The notes below the pieces were generated by a model. That model saw nothing but the letters and a program-made list of their open reading frames with translations, searched no databases and was not told the DNA's origin. A stretch of DNA of 64,000 bases from Candidatus Babeliales bacterium (GTDB lineage Bacteria; Babelota; Babeliae; Babelales; JANWKD01), in contig OY969622.1 in the NCBI GenBank assembly GCA_963701665.1, positions 576,001-640,000 of the forward strand, written 5' to 3'. Of this stretch, positions 39,473 through 49,108 are shown one piece after another; positions within the stretch are counted from its first letter, which is position 1; each line of letters opens with the position of its first letter. The position numbers and the translations under genes are program-made.

Positions 39473-39937
39473 CTATTCATCATAATCTATTTTCCATTGA
39501 ACAAGATCAACAGTTTCGTCCAATGGCGTATTTGTTTCTTGGTTTCTTGCATGTATTTTTTGTAACATTGGTGTTTGTTTCATATACATTAATTTTTTAG
39601 CATTTTCTTGTGCATTTATTTTGCAAACCATGCTTTCTTTAGTAAGTGCATCATTAACATCGTCAAATACAAGGTTCATCTGTTTTTGCAATTTTTGTAC
39701 TTTTTTTTGTAATTTTAATATCATTTCCACTCCTGCCAAGTTAATGCCAAGTTGATGGGTTAAGTAGATAATTTCTTCCAGTCTATTAACATCCTCTTCA
39801 GAAAAAAGACGTGTATTACCCTCAGATCGTTTTGGGGTAATAAGACCTTCTTTTTCATAGAGCCGAATAGTCTGTTGGTGTACTGAAAACATTTCAGCAA
39901 CAGCCGATATTGAAAAATATCCTTTTTTTCTTTTCAT
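39473..39937 (-). CDS. MerR-family transcriptional regulator, HspR-like
   Basis: FSISAVAEMFSVHQQTIRLYEKEGLITPKRSEGNTRLFS...LGINLAGV is typical of HspR. Confidence 0.85.
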   Translation of the reverse strand: MKRKKGYFSISAVAEMFSVHQQTIRLYEKEGLITPKRSEGNTRLFSEEDVNRLEEIIYLTHQLGINLAGVEMILKLQKKVQKLQKQMNLVFDDVNDALTKESMVCKINAQENAKKLMYMKQTPMLQKIHARNQETNTPLDETVDLVQWKIDYDE

Positions 39938-40222
39938 AGGTTTTTCCCGTTATGAACAAGTATCTACCTTTATTGGTAGTATGCGCATAAAGCTACTCTA
40001 TTTTACCACAATTTTTTAAAGAAAGCATTGCATTCGTATGGCCTATCATCAATATTTATTCCATAAAATTTCAATCTGAAATTTTGAGGGTTGGTTTTTA
40101 ATTTTTCAATATTCTTGTATTTAAAGAATACTGTTTGATAAGAAATAAAATAGCCAATGTATGCTCTACCTTCATTGACTATTTGTATGAAATAATAGGT
40201 TCACAAGGATAAGGAAAGTCTC

Positions 40223-42040
40223 ATGAACATAAGAATGATAGGTGTTTTCCTGGTATGGCTTTTACCTTGCTTTGGTATGGTACATAATTCAGAAATCAAA
40301 AAAGATCTGGCTGTTCTTACCCAGAAATTACAAGCTTTGGGCCTCAATAAAGAAGAAAGAAAAGGAACTGTCAGATTTACTTCTGAGACCTTGGCAAGTT
40401 TAAAAGATTTTGCTCAACGACATGGCATTAGCGACCTTAATGAGGCATTAAGATTAGCCCTATCAGGGGCGGGTGAAGCGACCGGAGGCCCAGGACCTAT
40501 ACCGAGCTTTCAACCTGTGCCAACCCTAGGCCCTGTGATGCCACCTCCGCCTCCTCCGCCAGCTCCTCCTGTAGCAGAAGTTAAAACTGGGCCCCCAGTG
40601 CTTTCGGCTATAGAAGAAATTGTTGCCGGTGGCAAGAAGCTTAGTCATGTTGGTGGTGAGAAAAAAGAGTATTCCAAAGAAGAAAAACTAATTTCTGATA
40701 CAGAATTTTTGAAAGCATTTGATGCCAACACATTTGAAGAGCTCCTGGATAATATAAGGAATCTACGGGCTGATCCAAAGTATTTAAAAAAAGAGTCGAT
40801 TAAAGAACCAATAAGGCTAGACCAACCGATAAATCTTGATTTAAATGAGATGCTGACGATGAGCAGAACTCTTTTAGCTCTGCTTGAAAAAAAAAATAAA
40901 GTTTCCCTTAAACAGATTAATCATGGCTATCTAAAGAGTTATATGTTTGATCCTTCATTGTTTGACGAAGGGTATTTTGAAAAACTGAATAATTTGGTTG
41001 GTGCTGAATCCGTCAGCCCAAAAAAAACGGAAGTTGCTTATAGTGCGTTTAAAGAAATTATGCGTGAACTTATTAATGAAGCGCCTAATCTAGATTATCT
41101 TTTAGATGTCATTAAAAATCTGCCTTCTAATCAGAAAAGGATTGTTGTACCCCTTGAAAAAGCTAAATTTTTGACATTGGAGGGAAAGGATTTTAATACT
41201 TTTGAAGCTTTGAAAAATTATAGCAATGCTGGGCGAGATGAAAACTTTGTTAAGGAACTAAAAAAGATTGTAAAAGGGTATGAACAAGAAGAAGAAAAAA
41301 TAGATACACTTTTAGCCAATTATTTAGTCTATGTTAAGTTTGATAGTGCTGTTATGAATATCTTTAGAGATAAAGGAATAACGTCAAGTCGCGAAGTTTA
41401 CGATGCGCTTCAGGAACTGAATGTTGATGAAAAATATGATAAAGCGGTTATACAACCTTTACTAAAAAAACTTACGGCATTGAAACGTACTCCTCAAAAA
41501 ATTTATCTTCTGTTAAAACAACGTATAAAACATTCACATCTTGTTGAAAATATAGAACAGGATATTAGAAAAAAAATAGAACCATATGGATTATTAGTAA
41601 TGTTGCTGAAATTTTTCAATAAATATTTTGCAAACAATAATGATCCTCAATTTCGTCTGATATGTGTAAAAGCGCTGAAAACAGCACTTTCAGATTTACA
41701 TGAGCATGGTAGCTTTATTAACGTAATTAAAAAAATGAAAAAGAAATTAAATAAAGGGAATGAGACTCTCAATAGGAATATTATTGCGATGAGTGATGAT
41801 TTTCAGAAATTTCTAAAAAAGACATCGGGTAATAAAGAGAGCTATAAAAAAGGGACTATTAATCCAATGTTAAATTATTTGATTCCTGAAGCTCTTAATG
41901 CACTTAATGAAGCTAAATCAGATGCTTTTACTAACGCCGTCGGTGGTTTTATTGCCAACGCTAAAATGCCTGGATTGCTGGAAAAATATAATGCTTTTGC
42001 TGCACTATTTGATAAGAATTTAGCAAAGGCGTTTGCATAA
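40223..42040 (+). CDS. Large secreted orphan with poly-proline tract and WH2-like motif
   Basis: Signal peptide; PPPPPPPAPP then SAIEEIVAGGKKLSHV; Lys/Glu-rich helical body. Confidence 0.7.
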   Translation: MNIRMIGVFLVWLLPCFGMVHNSEIKKDLAVLTQKLQALGLNKEERKGTVRFTSETLASLKDFAQRHGISDLNEALRLALSGAGEATGGPGPIPSFQPVPTLGPVMPPPPPPPAPPVAEVKTGPPVLSAIEEIVAGGKKLSHVGGEKKEYSKEEKLISDTEFLKAFDANTFEELLDNIRNLRADPKYLKKESIKEPIRLDQPINLDLNEMLTMSRTLLALLEKKNKVSLKQINHGYLKSYMFDPSLFDEGYFEKLNNLVGAESVSPKKTEVAYSAFKEIMRELINEAPNLDYLLDVIKNLPSNQKRIVVPLEKAKFLTLEGKDFNTFEALKNYSNAGRDENFVKELKKIVKGYEQEEEKIDTLLANYLVYVKFDSAVMNIFRDKGITSSREVYDALQELNVDEKYDKAVIQPLLKKLTALKRTPQKIYLLLKQRIKHSHLVENIEQDIRKKIEPYGLLVMLLKFFNKYFANNNDPQFRLICVKALKTALSDLHEHGSFINVIKKMKKKLNKGNETLNRNIIAMSDDFQKFLKKTSGNKESYKKGTINPMLNYLIPEALNALNEAKSDAFTNAVGGFIANAKMPGLLEKYNAFAALFDKNLAKAFA

Positions 42041-42056
42041 GGGAGAACCGGGTATT

Positions 42057-43169
42057 TTACACATTAAACTTGATGTTGATGATATCGCCATCCTGAACAA
42101 TGTATTCTTGGCCTTCAGTTTTCATTTTGCCTTTTTCTTTTACCTTAGCTTCACTGCCTAAAGCAAAAAGATCTGCGCAATTAAAAACATCAGCACAGAT
42201 AAACCCTCGTTCAAGATCCGAGTGAATTTCGCCGCCCGCTTGGCGTACTGTTTTCCCTCGCGTGAATGGCCACGCGTGTATTTCTTTTGGCCCGCACGTA
42301 AAGAAGGTTATGAGCCCGAGGTTGCTGTATGTTTTTTTAATAATTTCATCAAGGCCGCGCGCTTTAATGCCCATAAAACCCATCATTTGTTCAGCTTCAT
42401 CATCGGGTAATTGCGAAAGTTCGTATTCCAATTTTGCACTGATTGGAATTACTTTCTCTGGTCCAAATTTTTTCACCAAAGATTGGTAATATGTATTTGA
42501 TTCATAACCGCCTTGTTCAGCTTCGTGCTCAGCAATATTGGCAACGATCAGGAAATTTTTTGTAGTAAGTAGTGGTACTGTGGCCACCGCATGCTGTTTT
42601 ATGGTGGCTTGAACAGATTCTAACGTTCCTTGATTGAGCTCTTTCATCAAAGCTTCTAAAAGTTGTAACTCTGCCGTAAGTTCTTTAAATTCAGCAGGCT
42701 TATTTTTTGCTGATTTTAAAAGATGCTGTACTTTTTCGATGCGTTTGCTGACTGACTCAATATCTTTGAGCATAAGTTCGGCATTAATAATATCGAAATC
42801 GTTAAGTGGATCTATATCAGCACTCGTGTGAATAATATTAGGATCAGAAAAACAACGTACGACATGAATAATGAGATCAACTTCACGAATATGACTAAGA
42901 AATTGATTGCCAAGCCCCTCGCCTGAAGCTGCCCCTTTAACAAGGCCTGCAATGTCAACAAAACTAACCGTGGCAGGGATCTGTTTTTGGCTGTTATAGA
43001 TTTTTTGAAGTTTTGTAAGACGCTCATCTGGCACATTGGTTATGGCAACATGAGGATCAATGGTGCAAAAAGGATAATTTTCTGCGGGTACCGCAGATTT
43101 TGTCAATGCATTAAAAAGGGTTGATTTTCCAACATTGGGTAATCCAACAAGGCCAGCGCGTATACTCAT
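42057..43169 (-). CDS. ychF: Redox-regulated ATPase YchF (Obg family)
   Basis: GLVGLPNVGKSTLFNALT, NYPFCTIDP, DIAGLVKGA..GEGLGN.FL, IHSDLERGFI. Confidence 0.97.
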   Translation of the reverse strand: MSIRAGLVGLPNVGKSTLFNALTKSAVPAENYPFCTIDPHVAITNVPDERLTKLQKIYNSQKQIPATVSFVDIAGLVKGAASGEGLGNQFLSHIREVDLIIHVVRCFSDPNIIHTSADIDPLNDFDIINAELMLKDIESVSKRIEKVQHLLKSAKNKPAEFKELTAELQLLEALMKELNQGTLESVQATIKQHAVATVPLLTTKNFLIVANIAEHEAEQGGYESNTYYQSLVKKFGPEKVIPISAKLEYELSQLPDDEAEQMMGFMGIKARGLDEIIKKTYSNLGLITFFTCGPKEIHAWPFTRGKTVRQAGGEIHSDLERGFICADVFNCADLFALGSEAKVKEKGKMKTEGQEYIVQDGDIINIKFNV

Positions 43170-43344
43170 GGGAAATAATATCCTTAGCAAATAAAACAAT
43201 ATCACTTCTAGTCTGCTTTAAAAAACAAATTTTATCAAATAACGCATCATAGTAATTTTATAAATTGAAATTATTGATTTTAAATTAATGTCTTTTGTAT
43301 TCTATTAATAACTATAAAGGGCAGAGTAATTTTTGAGGAACAGT

Positions 43345-46266
43345 ATGATAAAAAAGCGGTATATTCTTGGGCTTTTGTTGAGTGTTATTTGTATTACCGT
43401 ATTAGAAACCATGGTTGCAGGTGAACGTGTTGTTGAAGAAAAACCATGGAAACCTGCTGAAGAGCCGAAATCTGTTGAGGAAGCGAAAAGGCTTCAAGAA
43501 ATAGCTCGTAAAGAAGAATTGGCGGCAGAAAAGAAGCTTGAAGAAGCAAAAAAGGCAAAAGACACCGAGGAGATGCGTAAACAACAGGCTCTTGTGGATA
43601 AAGCACAATTTGATTGGAATACTGCTGATGCAGTTATAACTAATTTAGGTGTACTGCAAGATCCTGCTCAATCTAAAGAAATGAAAAAATCCGCACAGGA
43701 AACATTGGAGAATCGAAAAATTGAGATAACCCAAAAGATTAGAGAATATGAAAAAGCATTAGCAGGAACTGGTACATCTACAGGAACGGGCACTCAAAAT
43801 GCCGTTAAGAGCTATCAAGAAAAAGTTGCAACTGAATTACAAGGACTCTCAGAGAAACAAATCTTGGGAGAATTAAAAGCAGAGATTGATGCTCTTGTAT
43901 CAGGTGGTTATTCATCTACAGCAAAAAAACAGGGAAGAGATATTCCCTATAGTGAGCGTAAGGCTATGCTTGAGTTCCTAGAAAATACACTCAATGCACG
44001 AGTAAAAACGCAAAGTCCCGAAGTTGCTGCATTGAAAAACAGTATTGTTGATACGATTGAGAATATTGATAATCTCGGTAAACAAAAACCTATTGCTAAT
44101 AATGCCATAGATAAAAAGTTTGATCTTTCAGAAAAGATCACGGCAGATCAGATTAGGCTTTTAAGAAAGCAATTAGTGAAAGATGTTTTTGAAAAAGATT
44201 TTAAAACACCTGCAGAACGATTAAAAGCGTTGAATGAAATGCAAAAAATTGTTGATACCTATGATATTTACGATGATAAGATTCAGCCCGTGATGGATAA
44301 AATTGCCCATCAACCTGATATTGTTGAAGCAAAATTAAAAGAGATTGAGATTGCTAAAACTATTGCAGCAAAATTTAATGACGCTTTTGTGACATTAAAT
44401 GATATGTATGAAAGAATTAAATCGTTAAAATATAACGAGCAAGCGACAATGTTAAAGGATTTCCAAAATATGTACAATAAATTTCTTCAAGCCAATGAGA
44501 AATCTCCAACATTGGATGCCCAGCAACAATCTGCGCTTAAACAAAAATACGATGACGTTGTGCGACATGCACAAGAAGTCGATGCATTCTTAAAAAATCC
44601 AAAGCAGACAAATCAAACGGCCCTAGAAAAAGATTTAAAATTAGCGGAAAAAATCCCTTCTGATCAAATTAAAGCCATCATGGATCGTATAGAACTCTTT
44701 GGTTATACTAATGCAAGGGAATTAACAGCAAAAGATATTGCTACGTTGAAGGATATACGAGACGCTATGGATCATTTCAAATTACAAAAAGAGTACTCTG
44801 ATGAATATGGGTTCATTGATGATCTTATTAAAGATGCCACAAAATCTGTTATTTCTCTGCCAGAAGGTCTTACCAAAGAAGATGTTGCATCGACATCCAT
44901 ATTGGGTGAAATTGGTGAAAAAATTACGAGTGGTGTGCAAAACATTAAAGATTTTTTTGTTAAAGATGGTGCCATAATCGTTAAAAATGCCGCTGAGATT
45001 GTAGTATATCCAGCGAAAAAAATTGCAGAAGGCTTTAGTTATATAATTCGCGAGACAGGGAAGTTTTTACAAAAAACATTCACGGCACCTGAGTTTGTTA
45101 ATAAAATGGCGGATGCCCCAGAGATGCTTGATGATGTATTAACGAGCATAGCTAATCTTGATACCGCAGGTGGCGGTGTTGTTAAAGGAGTGCTCCGAGC
45201 TGATATTGGCATACAACAAGTTTTATTAACCGTTGTTGGACAACAAGATGTAGCTGATGCATTAGGTGAATTTGCTAAGATTTCTTATAAAGAGCATGTC
45301 AATGATCCTATGGTGCAAAAAATTAAAAGATATGTTGATAAAGTTGGCACTGTTGGCAAAACGCTTAAATCAATCATGGAATTCCCTAAATATATCGGTG
45401 AAAAATTAGAGCAAAGTGTAAGAACCAAAAAAGAAACAGCGTCGTTGAGAGAAATAGATGAAACGCAGCGACTGATTGAAGAAGAACGTGCGAATATTAC
45501 ATTAGCAAAAGGAGAAGCTAATAAAGAGATTCCAGGTATTAAGCAGTTAGGCGATTTACTATTCAAACTGTCGAACTATGTCAGTGATCGTGTATATAAC
45601 ACTAATAAAAGTATTGAAACGGCACAACAAGACTATGAACAAGCGCGCAAAGACTACTTCGTGGCATTGGGAGTTGATTATAGTGCAAACTTAACACCAC
45701 AACAGATTGCCGGGAGAATTGAACAAATGAAATTAAGTAGAAATGATAATTTCATTCAAGCAACAAATAAATTGGCTGACGCGGTTGATCAGTTGGCTTT
45801 TGCCTACGAAGTATTGGTTAATAAATTAACGAGTGTTGAGACTAATTTGAAATTCGTTGTTGATGCATGGGATATGATTATTATATCCCCCGATGGGCAA
45901 AATACAGAGCTTCCGGTAATAATAAAAAGTATTTTTACGCTCCGCGACCTTAAATTAGCTTATTTAGAGGCAACGAGAAATGGCGTTTTACAAATGCAAT
46001 CTGACGTTGCTAAATTTAAAGATTCTCCATCAGGATTATTGGCTGATGATGCAGTAACGCGCTATAGAAGAGTTGTTGATGATAAAATATTTGAGACAAT
46101 TCAAGAATATGCAAATGCCATGAATCAAATTGATAGAGCAATTGCAGGGCAAAAAGAATTTATTGAATCAAAGTTACCAAAAGTAGTGGATGAAACATCA
46201 GGCTCAAGCAGTACTGGCACAGGAAACGTACCACCACCAGATACCGGTGGCGGTGGATGGGATTAA
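43345..46266 (+). CDS. Large exported coiled-coil/helical orphan protein
   Basis: About 970 aa; hydrophobic N-terminus, E/K-rich heptads, Gly/Thr linkers. Confidence 0.75.
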   Translation: MIKKRYILGLLLSVICITVLETMVAGERVVEEKPWKPAEEPKSVEEAKRLQEIARKEELAAEKKLEEAKKAKDTEEMRKQQALVDKAQFDWNTADAVITNLGVLQDPAQSKEMKKSAQETLENRKIEITQKIREYEKALAGTGTSTGTGTQNAVKSYQEKVATELQGLSEKQILGELKAEIDALVSGGYSSTAKKQGRDIPYSERKAMLEFLENTLNARVKTQSPEVAALKNSIVDTIENIDNLGKQKPIANNAIDKKFDLSEKITADQIRLLRKQLVKDVFEKDFKTPAERLKALNEMQKIVDTYDIYDDKIQPVMDKIAHQPDIVEAKLKEIEIAKTIAAKFNDAFVTLNDMYERIKSLKYNEQATMLKDFQNMYNKFLQANEKSPTLDAQQQSALKQKYDDVVRHAQEVDAFLKNPKQTNQTALEKDLKLAEKIPSDQIKAIMDRIELFGYTNARELTAKDIATLKDIRDAMDHFKLQKEYSDEYGFIDDLIKDATKSVISLPEGLTKEDVASTSILGEIGEKITSGVQNIKDFFVKDGAIIVKNAAEIVVYPAKKIAEGFSYIIRETGKFLQKTFTAPEFVNKMADAPEMLDDVLTSIANLDTAGGGVVKGVLRADIGIQQVLLTVVGQQDVADALGEFAKISYKEHVNDPMVQKIKRYVDKVGTVGKTLKSIMEFPKYIGEKLEQSVRTKKETASLREIDETQRLIEEERANITLAKGEANKEIPGIKQLGDLLFKLSNYVSDRVYNTNKSIETAQQDYEQARKDYFVALGVDYSANLTPQQIAGRIEQMKLSRNDNFIQATNKLADAVDQLAFAYEVLVNKLTSVETNLKFVVDAWDMIIISPDGQNTELPVIIKSIFTLRDLKLAYLEATRNGVLQMQSDVAKFKDSPSGLLADDAVTRYRRVVDDKIFETIQEYANAMNQIDRAIAGQKEFIESKLPKVVDETSGSSSTGTGNVPPPDTGGGGWD

Positions 46267-46356
46267 TCTTAAAACCAAAACTATTGCATATTCAGGCAGT
46301 TTATGCAATCATATTTTTTGTTGTTATATAACTGTCATCATAAGAAAGGAGATGAT

Positions 46357-46599
46357 ATGCATTCACCAATGAAATTTGTTTATTATTTAATTGTTTTTCT
46401 TGCAGCATTAGGTTCAATTCATCTTGGATTACTTGCATCAGGCTATGATATTCTCGCTATGGCAAATATTTCACACTTATCAAAAGCGTTGTACACAACG
46501 TTTGGTGTTTGTGGAGTTTTAACCGTTATTATGTTGTTCATGCATTGCAGTGGCCATTGCCATGCAGGGTCATGCAACAGCTCATGCGGATGCAAATAA
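46357..46599 (+). CDS. Small two-TM membrane protein (DUF378-like) with Cys/His-rich tail
   Basis: AAGGAG RBS; LAALGSIHLGL...GYD.L and LYTTFGVCGV resemble DUF378. Confidence 0.6.
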   Translation: MHSPMKFVYYLIVFLAALGSIHLGLLASGYDILAMANISHLSKALYTTFGVCGVLTVIMLFMHCSGHCHAGSCNSSCGCK

Positions 46600-46633
46600 A
46601 ACTGCAAGTTTTAAAAATAATGAAAGAGGTCTG

Positions 46634-47632
46634 TTACTGTTTACAGGCCTCTTTTTTTTGAACTCTATGGCCGATTGATTGTCCCATTTTAATAGGTGTT
46701 TCTTTACCTTGTTGTGAATGGTGCACATATTCCTGGCAAAGCTTTATACTTCCCTTTTTGAATACTAACACGATAGTTGAGCCCCCAAAGCAAAAATATC
46801 CCGCTTCATCACCTTTATTATAGTTTTTTTCAGCGACATATGTTTCTTTAATAGCACCGACAAATAATGCACCAACGCTTACCATGCATACTGGATCGCG
46901 GGAATTAGTTTTTAAGAATATGATATGACGCTCGTTTTGTGTGAGCGGCTGTATGCCACATAGATATGCTATTGGATTTACGGATTCATAGATACCTTTT
47001 ATTCGCTGCGCTTTTGATGGTATGCATGAAATAGGAAAATGAAATCGATGATAATCCCACGGCGCCAATCTCAAGAGAACGAGTGTTCCGCCTTCATAGT
47101 CGTGTGCCAAGCGCGCGTTTGCCAAAAATGTTGCCAGATTAAAATGACATTCTTTTACAGGAAAACCCATAGTTTGTGAGATATTTTCAAAGACAAAAAT
47201 AGTGCCATCTGCAGGAGAAATGATGACATCAGGATTTTTATCAATAGGGCGTGCGCTAGATTTGAGCTTGCGAATAAAAAATTCATTAAACGTTTTATAC
47301 GTTGCAAGAGGTTCTTGTGCTTCATGCATATTAATATGATAGCTTTTGACAAACGAGGGTATCCACCACGAACTTAGTTTGCGATCGCAAAACCATCCAG
47401 CGAGTGAGCTTGCCCATGATTTGATCAAACATGAGCGCATTATTTTACCAATGCTATTGGTATATAAAAAGGAAAGCATAGAAGGTGTTTTTTCAGTGCT
47501 CACCGTTGTGCTCATGTTTTTTTTATCTAAAAAAGTTTTTTTATGTATGCTTTTGCTATGCATTAAAAAGCAGGCGATAAACAGTATAAAAGCTACTAAT
47601 TTTTTTTTATTTTTATAACTTTTTTGTGTCAT
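46634..47632 (-). CDS. psd: Phosphatidylserine decarboxylase proenzyme
   Basis: FNEFFIRKLK..ARPI, SPADG, RLAP.DYHRFHFP, GYFCFGGSTIV self-cleavage motif. Start placed at ATG 47632 (GGTGAGG RBS). Confidence 0.93.
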   Translation of the reverse strand: MTQKSYKNKKKLVAFILFIACFLMHSKSIHKKTFLDKKNMSTTVSTEKTPSMLSFLYTNSIGKIMRSCLIKSWASSLAGWFCDRKLSSWWIPSFVKSYHINMHEAQEPLATYKTFNEFFIRKLKSSARPIDKNPDVIISPADGTIFVFENISQTMGFPVKECHFNLATFLANARLAHDYEGGTLVLLRLAPWDYHRFHFPISCIPSKAQRIKGIYESVNPIAYLCGIQPLTQNERHIIFLKTNSRDPVCMVSVGALFVGAIKETYVAEKNYNKGDEAGYFCFGGSTIVLVFKKGSIKLCQEYVHHSQQGKETPIKMGQSIGHRVQKKEACKQ

Positions 47633-47675
47633 CCTCACCCGGCCGCTGATGTGTTTTAGTTCTGCGGTTCTTGCT

Positions 47676-48902
47676 TTAAAATAGTTTTGATTTTCTAGAT
47701 TCTTGCTGTAATTTTTTTTGAAACTCAAGCATGTCTAGCTTATTTACACTTCTTGATGTGGCGTCTTCTATTTGTGACGATATTTTATGTATGGTATCTG
47801 ATATCGTATTTAAATCTTGTTCCAATAAAGCTATAGATTCAATTATGTGTGAATCATTATTGAATTTCTTGCATGTTTTAAATGTAGCATAAAGAGCTTT
47901 TTGTTTTTCTATTATTTTCGGTAATGTTGTTAACTCATTTAAGGTCATACCTTTTTGAGCACCTTTTTTAAATACACTATTTGCATCTGCAAAAAATGAA
48001 ATATAAAATATTGGATTAATAGGATATAAATGTTCCATTTTAAAAACTCTTTGACAAAGTTTAACTTGTTTTTTGGAAGATTGAGCAGCGCAAAATTTAG
48101 AGATGAATTGGCCAAATTTTAACTCAGCTGCGCAGCGTAATTTAGCAAGTTCATTGTTCGACAAAAAGATTTTTTTGGCTATCACAATTTTTGGATTTTG
48201 TTCTTTATTACAATCAATGCCAGATAAAGCTTTTTTAAGTTTATCTTGTGATGCATAGGGATCTACATGGAGAACACTATATGGCGATTCATCAGGATAA
48301 CAAGTAAGCCATAGTTGTGAGAAAGAAATTGCCTCTCTTTTTTTATTATTATTATCATAATCAATGCTAATTGGCTGCTCCCCCATTGGATACAATAATG
48401 CCTTAAGGTACAAAGCAAGATCTGCATAAAAGGCAAGCAATAATGGTGAGAAAGATAATGATGATGCAAAACGTATATTATAACATTTATTTAATTGTGA
48501 CGTTACTTCATTGTAGAATGCAGCGCCTTCATTATTCGACGAAAGGATTTTTTTGGCTACCAGAATTTTTGAATTTTGCTCGTTATTACAATCGATTTCA
48601 GATAAAGCTTTTTTAAGTTCTTCTTCTGGCGCATGGGTATCTATGTTGAGAGCACTGTACGGTGATTCATTGGGATAACAAGTAAGCCATAGACGTGAGA
48701 AAGAAGGTCCCGCTATTTTATTATCCCTGTTAGTTTTTGGTTCATTTAAGACTTTGAGTGTAGCATGAAGAATGTTTAAAAGACTTATCTCTTTTTTATC
48801 ATCACATCTACGGTTTTGCTTCTCATCCATTGGATATAATAATGCATTAAAGAAAATAATTGTGGTAAGAACAACATACTTCTGAGATCTTATTTTTATC
48901 AT
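47676..48902 (-). CDS. Secreted orphan with two tandem degenerate J-domain-like modules
   Basis: Two repeats SFS.LWLTCYP.ESPYS.L..D..A....LKKALS.IDCN.EQN.KI..AKKI..SNNE; no HPD. Confidence 0.65.
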   Translation of the reverse strand: MIKIRSQKYVVLTTIIFFNALLYPMDEKQNRRCDDKKEISLLNILHATLKVLNEPKTNRDNKIAGPSFSRLWLTCYPNESPYSALNIDTHAPEEELKKALSEIDCNNEQNSKILVAKKILSSNNEGAAFYNEVTSQLNKCYNIRFASSLSFSPLLLAFYADLALYLKALLYPMGEQPISIDYDNNNKKREAISFSQLWLTCYPDESPYSVLHVDPYASQDKLKKALSGIDCNKEQNPKIVIAKKIFLSNNELAKLRCAAELKFGQFISKFCAAQSSKKQVKLCQRVFKMEHLYPINPIFYISFFADANSVFKKGAQKGMTLNELTTLPKIIEKQKALYATFKTCKKFNNDSHIIESIALLEQDLNTISDTIHKISSQIEDATSRSVNKLDMLEFQKKLQQESRKSKLF

Positions 48903-48940
48903 AAAAATGCCTCGCAATACATGAATCATATTTTATTATC

Positions 48941-48976
48941 TGGATTGCCACGCCAACTGCGTTGGCTCGCAATGAC
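48941..48976. repeat. Single (unpaired) arm of the REP-like element
   Basis: Reverse complement is GTCATTGCGAGCCAACGCAGTTGGCGTGGCAATCCA. Confidence 0.8.
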
Positions 48977-49108
48977 ATCCCTGCATTCTATTATCTACTG
49001 TTACTTTTATTATACCATTTATACTTCGTGACGCCTAAAAAGATTTCTATTACACTAAACAAATCACTGCTCTACAAGCTCTAGTTATTTAAAAAGGTAC
49101 TTTTTTGT

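Noticed and set aside
39938..40222. HAIR operator (CTTGAGT-N7-ACTCAAG) upstream of the hspR-like gene
   Set aside because: No convincing match; only a 5-bp inverted repeat CTACC-N6-GGTAG.
46200..46266. C-terminal GGGGWD as a WASP-type acidic Arp2/3 motif
   Set aside because: The Trp lacks a surrounding acidic tract and no WH2/central region is evident in this protein.
47676..48902. Functional DnaJ chaperone
   Set aside because: No HPD motif, G/F region or Zn finger.
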